Assembly (NCBI GenBank): GCA_964016885.1
Contig: OZ024746.1
Span: 64,604,001-64,668,000, forward strand
Origin: Eledone cirrhosa
Lineage: Eukaryota
Length of the DNA stretch: 64,000 nt
Reading direction: 5' to 3'
In this document: positions 61,093 through 64,000 of the stretch, in pieces
Numbering within the stretch: position 1 is the first letter of the stretch
Layout: the number at the start of each line of letters is the position of its first letter
Notes under the pieces: generated by a model
Database searches by the model: none
Told to the model about the DNA's origin: nothing
Seen by the model: only the letters and a program-made list of their open reading frames with translations
Translations under genes and position numbers: made by a program

Positions 61093-61732
61093 AGATACAC
61101 ACACATATATATGCACAAAGACACCCTCCACCACATGTATATATATATGTAAGGAGTGTGAAATTCTTCTACCTATTTCTATTTCCCCCATTGTATTCTG
61201 AAAATTGTTGAGGAAATTAAGTCTAATTATAAGAAATAACATGAAATTTTTATCTGTATTTGTAATTCTGTAAAAAATGCAATTTGCAACTATTTCTTTC
61301 TTCGTTTCATTTATATATGTATATTTTTCCCTTTGTGTTTGTTTTTAAATATATTTAATAAAAAGTATTAAGCATTGTTCTTATTTTAGTATTCTATTTG
61401 ATAGGTACAAGCAATAAATGAGTAAAATACTGATAGTGGGTTTGTTTTCACTGGCAAATATATTGTTTTCCTTGTTACTGTTTTTCTTATTCAGCTTTGT
61501 CAATCTGATATAACCTACCAGAAATACTTCTTGGATTACTTTAAAATTAAAAAATGGCCCCCTAAAAATGTTATTGTAGAAACATTCTGTTTCATTTGTT
61601 TACAAGTTCCAAGACAACCTTGCACTGTCCATGAGTAATGTTTCTTTTTTATGATTGTTTTAAACATTTGTTCATTTTTCAGCAGATTCTTACAACGTGC
61701 TAGGCTGTTATTACTGTAAGTTAAGACATATA

Positions 61733-62185
61733 CGAGGGCTGACTGTAAAGTTCATAGGCTGACCAAGATACTCCCATGAAATGACCAAATGAGGTTTATT
61801 TTCCAACATAGTCCCTGGAAAGACGCAAGGCAATTATTAATAATGGTTAATGGTTTCTTATATAGGCACAAGGCCAGCAATTTTTTTGGGGGGAAGGGGA
61901 AAGTCGATTAAATCGACCCCCCCCCCAGAGCGTGACTGGTACTTTATTTTATTGAGCTCATAAGGATGAAAAGCAAAGTTAACCTCGGCAGGATTTGAAC
62001 TCAGATCATAAAGGGACATAACTCTATGCTGCAAAGCATGGGGTCCGACCCTCTACCGATACTGCCAATCCACAACCCTCCAAGGCAATTATTATTAATA
62101 ATAAGAGTTTAAATTGCATGCAAGATTTCACAGCTCTAGCATCACTCCTACATAGTTAGCCTATGAACTTTTCAGTTGACTGTCG
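61733..62185. mobile_element. Mariner-type MITE containing a nested SINE-2 (about 61845-62080, minus)
   Basis: TA-flanked TIRs CGAGGGCTGACTGTAAAGTTCATAGGCT and AGCCTATGAACTTTTCAGTTGACTGTCG; the SINE is flanked by a duplicated CAAGGCAATTATT. Confidence 0.8.
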
Positions 62186-64000
62186 TAAAATAGATATTTA
62201 ATCAGAGACATTATTATTGACTTGAATTTGATGCTGTTTTTTTTTAAATACATTTTAATTTTCTGAAGAATTTTGTGATATAGAGTAAAAATTGTTTTTA
62301 AAAAAAATCAGTAGAATGCAAGTTAGAAATACAGGAGTGAAAAGAAAGATAAAATAAAACAAAACAAAACACAATTTACAGTTTTTTAAATCTAATATTC
62401 CAGTATTTAACATTTCAATATATCAAAATATAACAGGAAGGTGTAAACTATTGTTTCGGAGAGGGGGGGGGGGGGGGGGTTACTTCACTTCTTTATTTTT
62501 AAGTTGCATTGGACTTGCTTTTCTAAAACGATTTTAACTTTAAACAACATTTGGTTTTACTTACAAGGTATTGGTAAATTTGAAATTTAAAAATACAGTT
62601 GCCACAGTGCAAATAACTATAACAGTAATTAAAAATGTGTGCTTGTCCACTTTTTCTCGTTTCCAGGGGTACAATACCTGATTTATTCAACTATTATCTA
62701 TAGTTTTCAACTACTATTACAGTTAACCACATTGTAGCAACTATATTTTCAAATTTTAACTTAATCATCATCATCATCATCAGTCAGCAGTCATCATTAT
62801 AAATATTCTAAAATCCCCAAATACTTGTATCCACTATCTTCTGGCTCCCCTATGGTTTTTCCCATTGGTAGCCTTAATCCACTACAAGTTGCTTTTTTCC
62901 CCTCTTTTCATATTGAACATAGAGCATTAGGAGATCCCGAATTTCATGCAGCTATCACTGCTACATATCTAGACTGTTTTAACCAAAGTTTCAGGTCGTC
63001 CTTAAAACGAATAGGGTTTATGAATGGTCCTTTCTTTCCACATTCGTAACCCATTTTAACTTTCCTAAGTGTCAGTGTTTTAGGTATAAGGACAATGACA
63101 AATGGTAATGGTGAAAATCTCTAAGGAATAAATTGGTGATAGGAATGGCATCCAGTTGAAGAAAACCTACCAAATAAAGAGTTGGGAGGACTCTTCAGTG
63201 GTGTCAAAGACATGACAACCTCCCTAGTGCTGGTGTCATGACAAAATGCACTCAATAGCTTGGGAACATGTCTAAGTTAAATGTAGGACCTTGGTCCATC
63301 TGAAAGGTCAGCTCTGCTTGAGGACTCAAGCTGTGAAAACCCATCGAATCCTTGCTATCAAGGAAGACATATTAAATGATAATTTTGAGGTTCATTTTCT
63401 CTGTTTTCTCTCTCTATCTGAATTGTATATTTATTTATTTATACATTTCATGACTGCTATTCTGTCTTTTGTACTTTTTATTCTCATGGGGCTGATCTTC
63501 AATCCATGGAGATATTTTTCATTATGTAGGATATATAAAAACAGTCTGAAATATCTGCTTATTGTCCATGTGTATTGAAATTAGATTGTGGCTAAGTTAA
63601 TGTAAAAAAATACTTTAAACATTATCTTCCATCATGTAATTGGTTTTTTAAATATTATTTTCTTATCTATTTATTTTTATTTATTATTATTATAGAATAT
63701 TTAGACAGTTCATAACCAAGACATCCAATGATTTCTAGTATTTATTCAATTGGTCTATTTCTCCAAAATATACTAAAGCATTTAACATCCATGTACATAT
63801 GAATACACCCCTCCTCTCTCTTTCTCTCTATTTCCCTCATGTATATGCATAACATCTAAATAAGTGATGCCATTTATCCATATTTCATCTATATTATATT
63901 ATATCACTATATTACTACATACACTTCATGTCATTACAGACTGCATCTAGTTTACTGTTGCTAGCTGGAGCTAAAATTCTTCTACCAGCAACATCTTCTG

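Overview
AT-rich eukaryotic (animal) DNA that is almost entirely repeats. The repeat landscape (very long cryptic (TA)n arrays, RTE LINEs with (GAT)n tails, tRNA-derived SINEs) suggests an octopod cephalopod, but that is inference. The only host coding sequence I can support is one 49-nt + strand exon (41686-41734, VKEASIMYDLQKGRSR-G) from an RRM protein of the DAZAP1/Hrb27C/Musashi type, so the window is probably two very long introns. It contains three RTE LINE families (called A, B and C here; one near-full-length copy), all with a PHD finger inserted inside the reverse transcriptase. It also holds bipartite non-autonomous RTE derivatives, two tRNA-SINE families, CR1-like fragments, a Tc1/mariner remnant, hAT and mariner MITEs, and many Penelope-like element (PLE) termini. 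The PLE termini carry about ten hammerhead-ribozyme motifs, three with a compensatory U3-A8 core, plus several long inverted repeats. The long YIYIY ORFs are microsatellite artefacts. There is a 200-N assembly gap at 60893-61092. All alignments and folds were made by eye; no searches were run.
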